Below, in pieces: positions 28,369 to 43,859 of a DNA stretch of 64,000 nt. How positions within the stretch are numbered: the stretch's first letter is position 1; the number at the start of each line of letters is the position of its first letter. The DNA lies in contig CAVUXE010000091.1 in NCBI GenBank assembly GCA_963745235.1, forward strand, positions 1 through 64,000. Reading direction: 5' to 3'. This stretch comes from an uncultured Spirochaetota bacterium. Lineage in GTDB: Bacteria; Spirochaetota; Spirochaetia; SZUA-6; Fen-1364. Under the pieces are notes generated by a model. That model searched no databases and was not told the DNA's origin. It saw only the letters and a program-made list of their open reading frames with translations. Position numbers and translations under genes: made by a program.

Positions 28369-29112
28369 ATGAGCAACAACGTTGAAGGAAAAGTCGTGGT
28401 CATCACGGGCGCGAGCAGCGGTCTCGGCGAAGCAACCGCCCGGCTTCTCTCCGCGCAGGGCGCGCACGTCGTTCTCGGCGCTCGGCGCGCCGATCGAATC
28501 CAGAGACTGGCGGATGAGCTCCGCGCGGATGGCCGCAAGGCCATTGCCCTGGAGACCGACGTCACCCGGTGCGACCAGGTGAAAAGGCTGGTCGACGCGG
28601 CCGTGCAGGCATTCGGGCGCGTCGACGTGATGATCAACAACGCGGGGCTGATGCCGCTCTCCCCCCTGGAGCGCCTCAAGATCGAGGACTGGGACCGCAT
28701 GATCGACGTGAACGTCAAGGGAGTGCTGTACGGCATTGCCGCCGCGCTGCCGCACATGAAGCGGCAGAAAGCCGGCCACTTCATCAACGTGTCTTCTGTG
28801 GCCGGTCACAAAGTCCGCCCGGGCAACGCGGTCTATGCGGCCACCAAGCATGCCGTATTGGCGCTGTCCGAGGGGCTGCGAATGGAAGCAAAGCCTTACA
28901 ATATCCGCACGACGGTAGTCTCACCGGGCGCGGTCGCTACTGAGCTGCCGGGCAGCGTTACAGAGCCGGATGTCGCCGAAATGGTCCGAAAGTTGTATGA
29001 GACGGCGATTCCCGTCGAATCGTTCGCGCGGGCCGTAGCCTTCGCCATCAGCCAACCAGAAGATGTGGACGTGAACGAAATCATCTTCCGACCCACGCGC
29101 CAGGAGTTCTAG
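28369..29112 (+). CDS. short-chain dehydrogenase/reductase
   Basis: [17 protein letters not shown]. Confidence 0.93.
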   Translation: MSNNVEGKVVVITGASSGLGEATARLLSAQGAHVVLGARRADRIQRLADELRADGRKAIALETDVTRCDQVKRLVDAAVQAFGRVDVMINNAGLMPLSPLERLKIEDWDRMIDVNVKGVLYGIAAALPHMKRQKAGHFINVSSVAGHKVRPGNAVYAATKHAVLALSEGLRMEAKPYNIRTTVVSPGAVATELPGSVTEPDVAEMVRKLYETAIPVESFARAVAFAISQPEDVDVNEIIFRPTRQEF

Positions 29113-29138
29113 CGGAGTGCTGAAAAAGCCGGATTTCT

Positions 29139-30494
29139 TCAGACGACAAGCATTATCTGAATGTCGCAGACATTGGTTCCGGTCGGTCCCGTCCTGAAGA
29201 GCCCGCCGAGCTTCGCCAATAGCGTGTAGGAATCGTTTTCCCGCAGCGCTTCGGGAATGCGCATCCCTTCGGCATGCGCGGCGCGGGCCATGGAGGGAAG
29301 GGCATACCCGCCGGCCGCGTCCGTGGGTCCATCCTCCCCATCGGTGGAGAAAGACAGGAAATGCGCGCCCGCAAGACGAGCCGGCTCGTTCTCCATCTCC
29401 CAGAGGAACGCTGCGGCCATTTCCTGGTTTCTCCCCCCTCTCCCCTTTCCTCGAAGCGTGACCGTCGTTTCACCGCCTGACAGGATGCAGGCAGGCCGCC
29501 GGCAGGGGAGATCCGAAGCGGCCACGTCCTTTGCCACCGCGGCCAGCACCCTGGCTGCCTCACGAGCCTCGCCGGCCAGGTGAGAGGTAAGGATGATCGG
29601 GTTGTATCCCAGGCGCCTCGCTTCCGAGGAGGCGCTTCGCAGGGCCAGGAGGTTGGTGCCCGCGAGGATGTTGGAACAGGAGAAAAACTCCGGCGCTCCC
29701 GGCTTGGGAGTCTCCGGGACCTTCCCCTCCGCGCCTGCACGGAGGAAGTCCATGACGGCAACCGGGAGGGTGGCCGCGATCCCGCGGTACTCGAGGAAGG
29801 AGAGGGCCTGTCCGTAGGTGGTCGTGTCCGGGCTGGTGGGCCCCGAGGCGATGGTCTGCAGGTCGTCACCCACGACATCGGAGAGCACCAGGTTGACAGA
29901 GGTTGCCGGGGAGATGTGCCGGGCCAGCCGGCCGCCGGCCAGCATGAGGAGGTGCTTGCGGACGCAGTTGAGCTCGGCAATCGGCGCGCCGCAGGCAAGG
30001 AGCTGCCGCGTGGTCTCCTGGATATCTTCCAGGGTGACCGGGGGCCGCTCATCGAAAAGCGGCGCTGCCAGGAGAGCGGAGCCGCCGCCTGAGATGAGCG
30101 TGATCACCAGCGTCCGCGCATCCGCTCCATCTGCAAGCGCCGCGATCATGCCGGCCGCGCGCACGCTGTCTTCATTGGGCACCGGATGCCCGCCGGGGGT
30201 CGTGCGGATCCTTTCCAGGGGAACTTCGTGACCCCGCTTCACGACAATCAGCCCCTCGTCGATTCGGGGCCCGAGTGCCTGCTCGACCGCACGCGCCATC
30301 GGCCCGGCAGCCTTTCCGAATCCCAGGACAAGGACCCTGTGAAACCGTGACAGGTCGAAATCCCCGGCCGCATCACCCGTCCCCGCGTGCAGGGTCCCGC
30401 CGCTGATGCGCATGTTCCTGGCAACGATTGTTTGCGGGTCCACGGAGGCAAGGGACGCGAGTGCGATCCTGGGAAGGTCGTCACGGGGTTCCAT
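29139..30494 (-). CDS. glycerate 2-kinase (DUF4147/MOFRL family)
   Basis: GFGKAA, HPVP, LISGGGSAL, SDVVGD..IASGPT, GGETTV..GGRNQE, TDG.DG, TGTNVCD. Confidence 0.9.
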   Translation of the reverse strand: MEPRDDLPRIALASLASVDPQTIVARNMRISGGTLHAGTGDAAGDFDLSRFHRVLVLGFGKAAGPMARAVEQALGPRIDEGLIVVKRGHEVPLERIRTTPGGHPVPNEDSVRAAGMIAALADGADARTLVITLISGGGSALLAAPLFDERPPVTLEDIQETTRQLLACGAPIAELNCVRKHLLMLAGGRLARHISPATSVNLVLSDVVGDDLQTIASGPTSPDTTTYGQALSFLEYRGIAATLPVAVMDFLRAGAEGKVPETPKPGAPEFFSCSNILAGTNLLALRSASSEARRLGYNPIILTSHLAGEAREAARVLAAVAKDVAASDLPCRRPACILSGGETTVTLRGKGRGGRNQEMAAAFLWEMENEPARLAGAHFLSFSTDGEDGPTDAAGGYALPSMARAAHAEGMRIPEALRENDSYTLLAKLGGLFRTGPTGTNVCDIQIMLVV

Positions 30495-30505
30495 GGAGCC
30501 GGGAC

Positions 30506-31243
30506 TTACCCGAGTCGGAAAACGGTCAGCGCCGTCTTCCCGAGGCACCATTCCAGCTCGCTCTCCGACAAGCCGATTGAGCGGTATTTTGCGAGCTCCA
30601 CGGGGATGTTGCTCACCAGGTCGCTGCCGAACATCACTCGATGTGGCCCGAGGGTCTCCACCATCGAGCGCAGATCATACACGGTGACCCACGACGTCTC
30701 CAGGTAGACATTGGGACATTCCCGCGCCGCCACTAGGGCATCCGCGCCGAAAGTCCCGCCGCCGGCGTGGGCAAGCACGATGCGCAGGTCCGGGTATTTC
30801 CTGGCCACGGGGATGCAAAGCGATGGGAGCGCGTTGGGCAGGCCGTTGCCAGTATGGATCATGGCAACGATGTCCAGCTCCTTTGCCAGGCGAAAGAGCT
30901 TGTCAGCCGCGGGATGTGAGGGAGACAGGCAGAAAGCGTTGGGGTGCAGCTTCACCCCCTTGAATCCGAGGTCTTTCACGGTCCACCGGACCAGGGAAGC
31001 ATACTCCGTGTCATCCATGAGGGGATTGAAGCAGGCAAGGCCAAAGGCGCGCCCCGGGTGCTCATCAGCGAACCTCTTGATCCTCTCATGGGCCTTTTTC
31101 TGATCCCGCGCAACGATGCCAGGCTGCAGGACCTGGGACGAAATGCCGTTGTCGTCCATGGCCTTCAGCACGACGTGTTCGGAATCATCCGTCAGAAACA
31201 GGAGATCTTCCCCCAGGTGCATGTGAGCGTCGATGATCCTCAT
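30506..31243 (-). CDS. amidohydrolase_2-family metallohydrolase
   Basis: IDAHMH, GVKLHP, IHTG, LAHAG, FGSD. Confidence 0.88.
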   Translation of the reverse strand: MRIIDAHMHLGEDLLFLTDDSEHVVLKAMDDNGISSQVLQPGIVARDQKKAHERIKRFADEHPGRAFGLACFNPLMDDTEYASLVRWTVKDLGFKGVKLHPNAFCLSPSHPAADKLFRLAKELDIVAMIHTGNGLPNALPSLCIPVARKYPDLRIVLAHAGGGTFGADALVAARECPNVYLETSWVTVYDLRSMVETLGPHRVMFGSDLVSNIPVELAKYRSIGLSESELEWCLGKTALTVFRLG

Positions 31244-31306
31244 GACTCGGACCTTGTTGTATACTGGATACTATCAGGACAGAGCAGCTGTCAAGGTTGG
31301 AGCGTC

Positions 31307-32617
31307 ATGAGAATCGAGCTTGCATACGGCAAAGCACGCCTTTCAGTAAACCTTCCGCAAGGCATCTCCGTGACCGTTGTGGAGCCGGCGTCAGTCCCGG
31401 CGTCACCCGACCCGGTGGATACCGTGCTTGCATCCCTGCGGACGCCCATTGGCTGTCCTGCTCTGCGCCGGACCGTCCGTCCCGCGGATTCCGTGGCAGT
31501 TGTATTCAGCGACATCACCCGGCCGACTCCCAACCGTGAGATCATCCCGCCCATCCTCAACGAGCTGAGGTCTGCCGGCGTGCCGCGGGAAAAGATCACG
31601 CTCTTCAACTCCACCGGCACGCACCGGCTGAACACGCGGCAGGAGCTGGAAGGCATGCTTGGCAGCGAGATTGTCGGCACCTTCCGCATCATCCAGAACG
31701 ACGCGCGCGCGCAGGGACAGCACGTAAAGATCGGTGTCACGACAAGCGGCAACGAGGTGAAGATCCAGAAGGACTTCCTTTCCTGCACGTACAAGATCCT
31801 CACCGGCTTCATCGAGCCGCATTTCTTCGCCGGATTCTCCGGCGGCGGCAAAGCCGTCATGCCCGGCATGGCGCACCTGGATACCGTGATGCGCAATCAC
31901 AGCGCCCGCAATATCGACCACCCCGGTTCGCAGTGGGCAATCCTCGAGGGAAATCCCATCCACCAGGAAGTGAACGAGGCCACGGCCCTCGTGAAGCCGG
32001 ACTTCCTGCTGAATGTCGCTCTCTCCACGGACAAACGGATAACCAGGTCATTTCCCGGTGACGTCGAGGCAGCCTTCCGTGAGGGGACGCGGTTCGTGAA
32101 GGAGAGCGCCATGCGCAAGGTGGAGTCCCTGTTCGACATCGTCCTCACCTCCAACTCGGGCTACCCCCTGGACCTGAACCTCTACCAGGCCGTCAAGGGA
32201 ATGAGCGCGGCGGCCCGGATCACGCGCCCGGGGGGATCGATAATCGTTGCCGCGGAGTGCTGGGACGGGATCCCTGATCACGGCTCGTTCGGAAAGCTCC
32301 TGCGGGAGGCCGGGGATGCTGATGAGCTCCTGGCGCGCATCCGGGCGGACGGGTTCATGATGGATGACCAGTGGCAGGCCCAGATCCTTGCACTCGTCGT
32401 GAAGAAGGCGCACGTCTTCGTCCATGCGGATGGACTGACCCCGCAGCAGATAACCGGTGCAAAGCTCACACCGTGCGGTTCAATCGAGGAGCAGCTGGGC
32501 CGGCTGCTGCGCACGTATGGGGACGCCGCGAGGGTCTGCGTTCTCCCCGATGGCCCGCAGACCGTGCCGTTTGTCGAGATGGCCGCGGCGCCGCGGGCGG
32601 CAGGGTCTCTCACCTGA
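31307..32617 (+). CDS. larA: nickel-pincer-dependent lactate racemase family protein
   Basis: SDITRP, TGTHR, IEPHFFAGFSGGGK, NH, GYPLDLNLYQAVKG. Confidence 0.88.
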   Translation: MRIELAYGKARLSVNLPQGISVTVVEPASVPASPDPVDTVLASLRTPIGCPALRRTVRPADSVAVVFSDITRPTPNREIIPPILNELRSAGVPREKITLFNSTGTHRLNTRQELEGMLGSEIVGTFRIIQNDARAQGQHVKIGVTTSGNEVKIQKDFLSCTYKILTGFIEPHFFAGFSGGGKAVMPGMAHLDTVMRNHSARNIDHPGSQWAILEGNPIHQEVNEATALVKPDFLLNVALSTDKRITRSFPGDVEAAFREGTRFVKESAMRKVESLFDIVLTSNSGYPLDLNLYQAVKGMSAAARITRPGGSIIVAAECWDGIPDHGSFGKLLREAGDADELLARIRADGFMMDDQWQAQILALVVKKAHVFVHADGLTPQQITGAKLTPCGSIEEQLGRLLRTYGDAARVCVLPDGPQTVPFVEMAAAPRAAGSLT

Positions 32618-33574
32618 GGGGACGATACCTCTCCGGATGGGTCACATATTCTTCCGCGAAGTCCTCGATCATGCGGGGCAGCGTATACTCCGCCTTCCAT
32701 CCGAGCTCCCGCCGCGCGTTCTCTTCGTCAAACGGCATCCCCTGCAGCTTCTCGTGGAAGTCCATGGAGAACTTCTGCGGCGTGAACCCAACAACGGCCT
32801 GCGGGAACCGCGCCCGGATTGCGGAAGCCAGGTCCCCCGCGGACGGCACGGGCTGGATGCCGGACAGCGTGTAGCAGAAGGTCTGCACCGCCGGCCGGGG
32901 GGCGGCGTCCAGCACCAGGAGAGAGCGGGCGGCATCCTTGAAGTAGAGGACCGGGCACCGGATGCGCGGTTCGACAAAGATGTCGTACGGCTCTCCCCGA
33001 ACCGCCTTTTCTATCGCCCAGGAGTTGTAGATGGAGACGTGGCGGACTGTGGCGCCCGGACCCACCACCGAGGGAAAACGCACGGCCCTGAAATCGATGC
33101 CAAAGCGCGTCCCGTAGAACCTGCCCAAGAGCTCCCCGAACACCTTGGTCGTCCCGTACAGCGTGGAGGGCCGCTGCAGGGTCAGATCCCCGATCGAGGA
33201 CTGCCCCTCGAGGTCGAGCCCATACGTGGCAACGGAGCTGGTGAACCGCACCGCCTCCACCTCGAGCAGACGCGCTGCTTCGAGCACATGAAAGACGCCC
33301 TGGACGTTCGCCGCGAAAGCTGCCGGAGGGTCGTCGTTGGCGGGAATGGAGAGCATGGCACCCAGATGATAGATGACTCTTGGGCGGGCCTGTTTCACGG
33401 CGTCAAGCACGTGGGAGAAATTGCCAAGCTCTCCGCAGATGGTCGTGATCCGGTCCTCGATCCCGGAGAAACGGGCCGGGACGATGGCGCGGTCAAAGAC
33501 GAAACACGTCTCATCCCTGGCGGCAAGCATGCGGACCAGCGTGGAGCCGATCAACCCGGACCCATCACCGCCAT
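32610..33574 (-). CDS. NAD-dependent epimerase/dehydratase family (threonine-dehydrogenase-like); 5' end appears frameshifted
   Basis: GSGLIG, HLGAMLS, SSVA, YGTTK, RFPSVVG; ATG 33574 with SD GGAGG is out of frame. Confidence 0.78.
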
Positions 33575-33588
33575 GACTGCCTCCGGAA

Positions 33589-34443
33589 TCAGTGAGCGTT
33601 GATGTGCATGCGGCTGTAGAGGGAACGGAATTTTTTCGGTGAGAGGCCGGTCAGCCTCTTGAACATGCGCCGGAAGTAGCCCGAATCCGTGTAGCCGCAT
33701 GCGAAAGCGATCTCGTTGATGTTCTTGCGGCCCTCGGTGCGCAGCATGGCGCGGGCCACGCTGATGCGCTTGAGGTGCACGGCCTCGAGGATGGAAACAT
33801 CATGGTGCCTGTGGAACACCCGCTCCAGGTAGTCAGCGCTGCGGCGCAAGTCATGGGCAATGGAAGAGGTCGTGATGGGTCCCCGGAAGTTCCTGTCGAT
33901 ATAGGCCCCGATCTCCTGGGCCAGCGGCACCTGCTGCTGCGCCCGGGCTCGGGACGCCGCGCCGCGGGCAGTCCATTCCCTTTCCGTCGAGCTTGCCTCG
34001 GACAGCATCAGGGCAACCAGGTGCGCAGCGCTCACGGGATCCAGGATCCCTGATTCCTGGTCCGAGATGAAACGGCAGAACATCTCGGTGAGGAGCTCGG
34101 GGTCGCGCACCTCCGTCAGGCGCGGGACACGCATGACGGATCGGGGAGCCCCGCTCGGGTGGAGGCGGAAGTGGACCCAGTAGAAGTGGACATCAGGGGA
34201 GTAGGGAAGGGCGCCGCCATGGCGCTTGCCGGGGAAAAGCAGCAAGGTCTGGTTTGCGGCAACGTGGAAGCTCTCCTCCCCCTCGAACATGTCAAGGCAT
34301 CCCTGCCCGACGAAGATCAGCTCGTGGGAATCGATGACCCGCGTCGGATGGGTCCCGAAGCCCGGGGAGACGAACAAGCCGCCGTTCAGCGCCTCGATGC
34401 CGTTGGAGAGCGTGAACCGGAACCGATTGTCGGATCTCTCCAC
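33589..34443 (-). CDS. AraC-family transcriptional regulator
   Basis: N-terminal cupin (HELIFV..FYWVHF); C-terminal YLERVF..INEIAFACGY.D..YFRRMFK..G.SP. Confidence 0.92.
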   Translation of the reverse strand: MERSDNRFRFTLSNGIEALNGGLFVSPGFGTHPTRVIDSHELIFVGQGCLDMFEGEESFHVAANQTLLLFPGKRHGGALPYSPDVHFYWVHFRLHPSGAPRSVMRVPRLTEVRDPELLTEMFCRFISDQESGILDPVSAAHLVALMLSEASSTEREWTARGAASRARAQQQVPLAQEIGAYIDRNFRGPITTSSIAHDLRRSADYLERVFHRHHDVSILEAVHLKRISVARAMLRTEGRKNINEIAFACGYTDSGYFRRMFKRLTGLSPKKFRSLYSRMHINAH

Positions 34444-34458
34444 GCCTGTTCTCCCGTC

Positions 34459-35285
34459 TCAGCCCGCGCGCACGCCGGAGTTGATGGTGCGGAAACGGAC
34501 CGGCGTCATGTTGGTGGTGCGCTTGAAGACGCGGCGGAAGTATGCCACGTCCCCGTAGCCGCACTGGGCTGCGATCTCGGATACGTGCGTTTCCCGCTGC
34601 AGGAGCAGCTGTGCCCTCGCCTCCCTGATGCGCCGCATGTGGATGGCGCTCCTCACGGAGACGCCTCTCTCCCGACGGTACGCCCTCTCCAGGTAGCCGG
34701 GGCTGTACCTGAGCTCCCGGGCGATGTCGAGCGTCCCGATTGCCTCCCGGTAGTGCGCCGCGATGTATGCGTCCACCATGGAGGCAATAGTCTCCAGTCC
34801 CGAGCTCACGGGACGGGCTTCCAGTGATCCTCCGGCGGCCGCGGAAAACTCGCACAGGATGAGCACAAGGAGGTTGTAGAGCACCCACGAGGTGGACCCG
34901 CGGCGCCTCTGCTCCGTCGTGTAGCGGCGCAGCAGGTCGGTAAGTCTTTCCGGACAGCTCACGGTCCCCCGCCCAGGGATGAAAAGCGGAGGCGCGCTCC
35001 CCCGCGTTGCATTCGGGGCAACCCTGAACTTCAGGGCGTAAAACTCAGCCCCGCTCTCATGGTGGAAAACAACGGAGCGCGCGGCGCCGCAGCGCAGCAG
35101 GACGGCCTCACGAGCCTCCACGCGGGTTTCGGATCGCTCGGCCACCATGACGAGCTCCCGCCGTGCGACAAACACAAACAGGTGGGAGTCGTTGAGCCGG
35201 AGCACCTGGCCGTCGCAGGAATCCGGGGGGACGAAGAGCGAGCCGGACGGCTCCAGGGACCATGCCAGACCGAGCTCCAGGCCGC

Positions 35286-35289
<4 letters not shown>
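34459..35289 (-). CDS. AraC-family transcriptional regulator (paralogue)
   Basis: YLERAY..VSEIAAQCGY.D..YFRRVFK..MTP; ATG 35289 overlaps the upstream stop. Confidence 0.88.
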
Positions 35290-39574
<4,285 letters not shown>

Positions 39575-39578
<4 letters not shown>

Positions 39579-40495
39579 TCGCCCCTCCGGAAGCGCAGCA
39601 GGCGCAGCTGCAGAATCGAAGTGACCAGGATCAGGACGAACAGGGCAATCGAGATCGTGGATGCATAGCCCCCCCGGTATCTCGTGAAGGCCTGGATGTA
39701 CATGTGCATGAGGACCACGATGGTGGAGTTGAACGGCCCGCCGTTGGTGAGCAGGTACACCTGGTTGAAGATCTGCCACTGCAGGATCAGCTGCAGAACA
39801 AGCACGAGGGATGTCACCGGCCACAACAGCGGCCAGGTGAAATAGCGGAACACCTGGAAGCCGCGCGAGGCTCCATCAAGGGAGGCCGCCTCGTAGTACT
39901 CGGTCGGGATTGCCTGGAGCCCCGCAATGAACATGAGGATGTTGAAACCCACCGTCCACCAGATGGTGACGAACGCCACCGCCGGCATTGCCCAGACGGG
40001 ATCCTGGAACCAGTTCACCTTGAGGTGGAACAGGAAGTTGATGATCCCGTAGGCGGCGCTCAAGACCCACAGCCAGACGTCGGTCACCACGCTCACGGGG
40101 AGAATATAGGGAAGGAACATGAGCGCCATCACCAGGCCGCGCAGCCGGTGAAGCCGCACGATCATGAGCGCAAATACCAGTCCCGCCGCCGTGTTCGGAA
40201 CCACGCTGAGCAGGATGAAGTACACCGTGTGCCACAGGGAGGCCCAGAACAAGGTGTCCTGTGCGAGGTGCACGTAGTTCTCGGTCCCGATGAAGTGTCC
40301 CCTGCCGGCGATGTCCGCGTTGGTGAAGCTCAACATGATCACCCGGGCCGTCGGATAGATGAGGAAAATGCAATAGACGACGACAAAAGGCAGGACCAGC
40401 AGGAGGACCATGGCCCATGGCGTCTTCCTTGGCCTGCGGCGGAGATTCAGGGCCGTCACTTTCTCGCCGGCCTGGTCGATGACCGCACTGCTCAT
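39575..40495 (-). CDS. carbohydrate ABC transporter permease (MalF-like)
   Basis: FIGTENY, AGLQAIP..YYEAASLDGA. Confidence 0.9.
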
Positions 40496-41717
40496 GTCAC
40501 CCCCGGGAGAGAGAACCGGCCCCGCGGAGAAACGCGGGGCCGCTGGTGTGTGAAAGACCCCCTACATCGAAAGGCTCTGCAGGTCCGCTTTGAACTTCGC
40601 GATGGCGTCAGCCACCGTGAGGTTCCCGATCAGGGCCGGGGACAGGAAGTTGCCCGCCGCGTCGTATGTCGGCGCTCCGACCCCGAAGATGGGGTTCACG
40701 GGCTCGAGCCTCACGTCCTTGGCCGCCTGCGCGGCATACTGGTTGACCGGGTACAGCTTTGCAAGGGTCGGCCCGTTGAGAACGGGCAGGTAGGCAGGCA
40801 GATGCCCGCCGCTGGCCCACTCCGCCGCGTGCTTCTCCACGAACGCGATGAAGGTCAACACCGCGTGGAGCATATCGTCCGAGATCGGCGTCTTGGTGTT
40901 GTTCGGGATGGCGAGGTTGTGGGAATCAGCCCATGTCTCCTGGTTCTCGTAGAGCTTCGGGAATGCCATCACGCCGAACTTGAAGGGGAGCTTGCCGGAC
41001 TTTTCCAGGTCTACCATCGTGGGGACTTCCCAGTTGCCGTTGAACATGAATGCCGCCTTCCCGGAGCTGAACAACGCAACCGACCCGGGATAGTCCACGT
41101 TGGCGGGGACGAGACCCTTGGTGGTCCAGTCGGTCATCGCCTGCAGCGCGGTCTTGCCGAGGGTATCCACCTGGTCCAGGGTCACTTTTCCTTCGCTCGC
41201 CAGGTTGCCGCCCTGCTGGTAGAAAAGCGTGCTCCACATGCGCCACACCGTTGCGGGGTCATTGGCGGAAGACATTGCCATGGGGAGCATTCCCGTCCTT
41301 GCCTTGATCCTCTCCAGAGACCGCGTGAAATTGGCCATGCCGGTGAACGCGGAAGCAAGAGGCCTCCCGTTGGAGCCCAGGAGCCCCGCCTTGCGCAGGA
41401 TGTTCTTGTTGAAATAGATGATGGAGGTGTGCGTATCGAGAGGGATGCCGTACAGGACTCCCTCTGTTCCGTACGCCTTGCTGATTGCGAGCGATGTATC
41501 CACAAGGACTGGATTGAAGTCCTTGTAGGAAAGACCCACGGTCTTGAGCTCATCTTCCGTGATCGGGCGGAGATCTCCTGCCTGGATCCCGGCGGGAAAG
41601 TGCGACAGGTGATAGGTCATGACGTCAGGAGTCTCACCCGCCACCACAGCGGTGTGCACCTTTGTATAGAAGGGATCTCCCCACGTCAGGGTGGTGCCCT
41701 GTATATTGATATCGCTC

Positions 41718-43500
41718 GAGCTATTCGCGTAGCGGCTAATTTTCATTGTGGCAATGATTTGGAGAGAGGCCGGATTTCGATTACCCCGAAGAAGGTAGGC
41801 TTTTCGCAAGATACAGCTTGAGATGCCTGTTTTCCTTGGAAATTGACCCCATTTACAGAAAAAGGCGCCCCTGGCGGTCGCGATCGTGCTACGATGAATC
41901 ATCACAAGCACCGTGCACAAGACCTGGGAGGGGCGCGATGGCAACTATAGCACAAAGGCCGCTGTTTGGGTGGGACCAGATCGAAGCGTTAGGAGACCTG
42001 AAGCGCCTGCGGTTGGTGCTGGAGAATCTGCCCGACGAGCCTGTGGTGAGCAAGCTGGAGCAGGAGCGGGATCGGGGCCGCGACCGATACCCGATCCGTG
42101 CGATGTGGAACGCGTTGATCGCCGGGGTGGTCTTCCAGCATCCGACGGTGGAGTCGCTGCTGCGGGAACTGAGACGCAACGCTCAGCTACGGCAGGTCTG
42201 TGGCTTCCAGCTGATCAAGGGATTGAAGGCAGTGCCGAACTCTTGGGCATTCTCGCGGTTCCTGGCAAATGTCATCAGACACCTGGAATTGATCGAGGCG
42301 ATGTTTCATGCGTTGATTGATCGGCTCACCGAGCTTCTGCCCGACTTCGGCACCAGCCTTGCGGTGGACGGGAAGGCGTTGGCGAGCTACGCGCGAGGCA
42401 AGAGCGAGAAGGAGCACCCGGACGGTCGGGGCGACAGCGACGGGGAATGGGGGATTCACGAGTACCGCGGTACGCACGCCGACGGAACGGCCTGGCAGTC
42501 GGTGAAGAAGTGGTTCGGATATACGATCCATCTGCTGGTCGACAGCCACTACGAATTGCCGGTGAGCTTCTCGGTGACAAAGGCCAACGCCAGCGAGGTG
42601 GTCGAGGCCCACAAGGTGCTGGACCGACTGGAGGAGCAGCATCCGCAGCTCGTCGAGCGGTGCCAGGAGGTGGCTGCCGACCGCGGCTACGATGATGGGA
42701 AGCTGATCTGCAAGGTCTGGGATGAGTGGCAAGCGCTGCCGATCATCGATATCCGCAACTGCTGGAAAGATGGGGAGGCCACGAAGCTTGTCAGCGGGTT
42801 TGAGAACGTGGTCTATGACTTTCGGGGGACGGTGAGCTGCGTGTGCCCGAAGAGTGGCACTCAGCGCGAGATGGCCTACGGAGGATTCGAGCGGGATCGT
42901 ATGACGGTGAAGTATCGCTGTCCCGCCCAGCACTACGGCTACCCCTGTGCAGGGGCCGGGTGCTGCGAGCTGGGCAAGGCGGTGCGCATCCCCCTGGACG
43001 AGGATCGGCGCGTGTTCACGCCCTTGGCGCGAAGCAGCCTGAAGTGGGAGCGCTGCTACGATCGGCGGACGGCGGTGGAGCGGGTCAATAGCCGCCTGGA
43101 CGTGAGCTTCGGGTTCGAGAAGCACACGATTCGGGGACTAAAGAAGATGAGCACCCGTTGCACTCTGGCGCTGGCGGTGATGCTGGCGATGGCCGTGGGG
43201 CGGATCAAAGCCAACCAAGCGGAGTCGATGCGGAGCCTGCTGAAGGCAGCCTGAACGGCGCTCGGCTGCCTGGTCGCCTCCGACGGGGGTCGGGGTAGTC
43301 TGTCCTCAGGGGGCGGGGCCCAGTGCAGCCGGCGCTTCCGCGGAAACGCGCCGGCCTGCCGAAGGTGGTTTTAGGGTTCAGGGAAGGCACAGCGCGGTAC
43401 TCAACCACCCCATAGCCCCCGCGGTAACTTTCGACCTGCTCCTGGCGACGTCCGGTTGGGTGGCCTCGGCGGCTCCCAACGGGCACAGCGCAAATGCCTC
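41718..43500 (+). mobile_element. insertion sequence (~1.78 kb, DDE transposase, IS1182/IS5-like)
   Basis: Flanked by direct repeat GCTC (41714-41717 and 43501-43504; extendable to TCGCTC); imperfect terminal inverted repeats GAGCTATTCGCG / GAGGCATTTGCG (9 of 12). Confidence 0.85.
41938..43254 (+). CDS. DDE transposase
   Basis: GR..YP..AM N-terminal (DUF772-like) region, AVDG, WFGY..H, ADRGYD, Y.RRTAVERVNSRL; SD GGAGG. Confidence 0.9.
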   Translation: MATIAQRPLFGWDQIEALGDLKRLRLVLENLPDEPVVSKLEQERDRGRDRYPIRAMWNALIAGVVFQHPTVESLLRELRRNAQLRQVCGFQLIKGLKAVPNSWAFSRFLANVIRHLELIEAMFHALIDRLTELLPDFGTSLAVDGKALASYARGKSEKEHPDGRGDSDGEWGIHEYRGTHADGTAWQSVKKWFGYTIHLLVDSHYELPVSFSVTKANASEVVEAHKVLDRLEEQHPQLVERCQEVAADRGYDDGKLICKVWDEWQALPIIDIRNCWKDGEATKLVSGFENVVYDFRGTVSCVCPKSGTQREMAYGGFERDRMTVKYRCPAQHYGYPCAGAGCCELGKAVRIPLDEDRRVFTPLARSSLKWERCYDRRTAVERVNSRLDVSFGFEKHTIRGLKKMSTRCTLALAVMLAMAVGRIKANQAESMRSLLKAA

Positions 43501-43859
43501 GCTCTGGCTCGTGTTGAACTCATTGATGATCGCCTTCCATCGCACGCCGTCGCCGCCGCTCAGGAAGTCCCAGAGAGTGACATTGGTCTGGGCCCAGACG
43601 ACGAACGGGATGAGAAGAAGAACCAGGAAGACAGCAATCGTTGCGAACGTTCGCTTCATGCCTTCAACCCTCCTCGTGATAGAATATTTATCCAAGATTC
43701 AAGATGCCATCCGGCAGCGAGCATCATCAAGGAACAAATTCCGAACAAAATCGGGACAATGCCGACCTTGTCGACCGGTTTTTCGGGAGGAGAGCCACGG
43801 CTTCCCAAGCCACCTTGACCTGCACGCGGACATCTGCTTGTATTGAGCAAAGCACAATC

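Larger units (their letters stand above)
40562..43659 (-). pseudogene. carbohydrate ABC substrate-binding protein interrupted by an IS
   Basis: 5' part (43659-43501: MKRTFAT..EFNTSQS) joins in frame to 3' part (DINIQGTTL.. to 40562) when the IS and one target copy are removed. Confidence 0.9.

Noticed and set aside
40516-40543. GC hairpin between binding-protein and permease genes as a terminator
   Set aside because: No U-tract; more likely an mRNA-stabilising stem typical of sugar ABC operons.
41718-41944. N-terminus of ORF 40562..41944 as the true start of the binding protein
   Set aside because: It is IS sequence; the real signal peptide is at 43659-43590.
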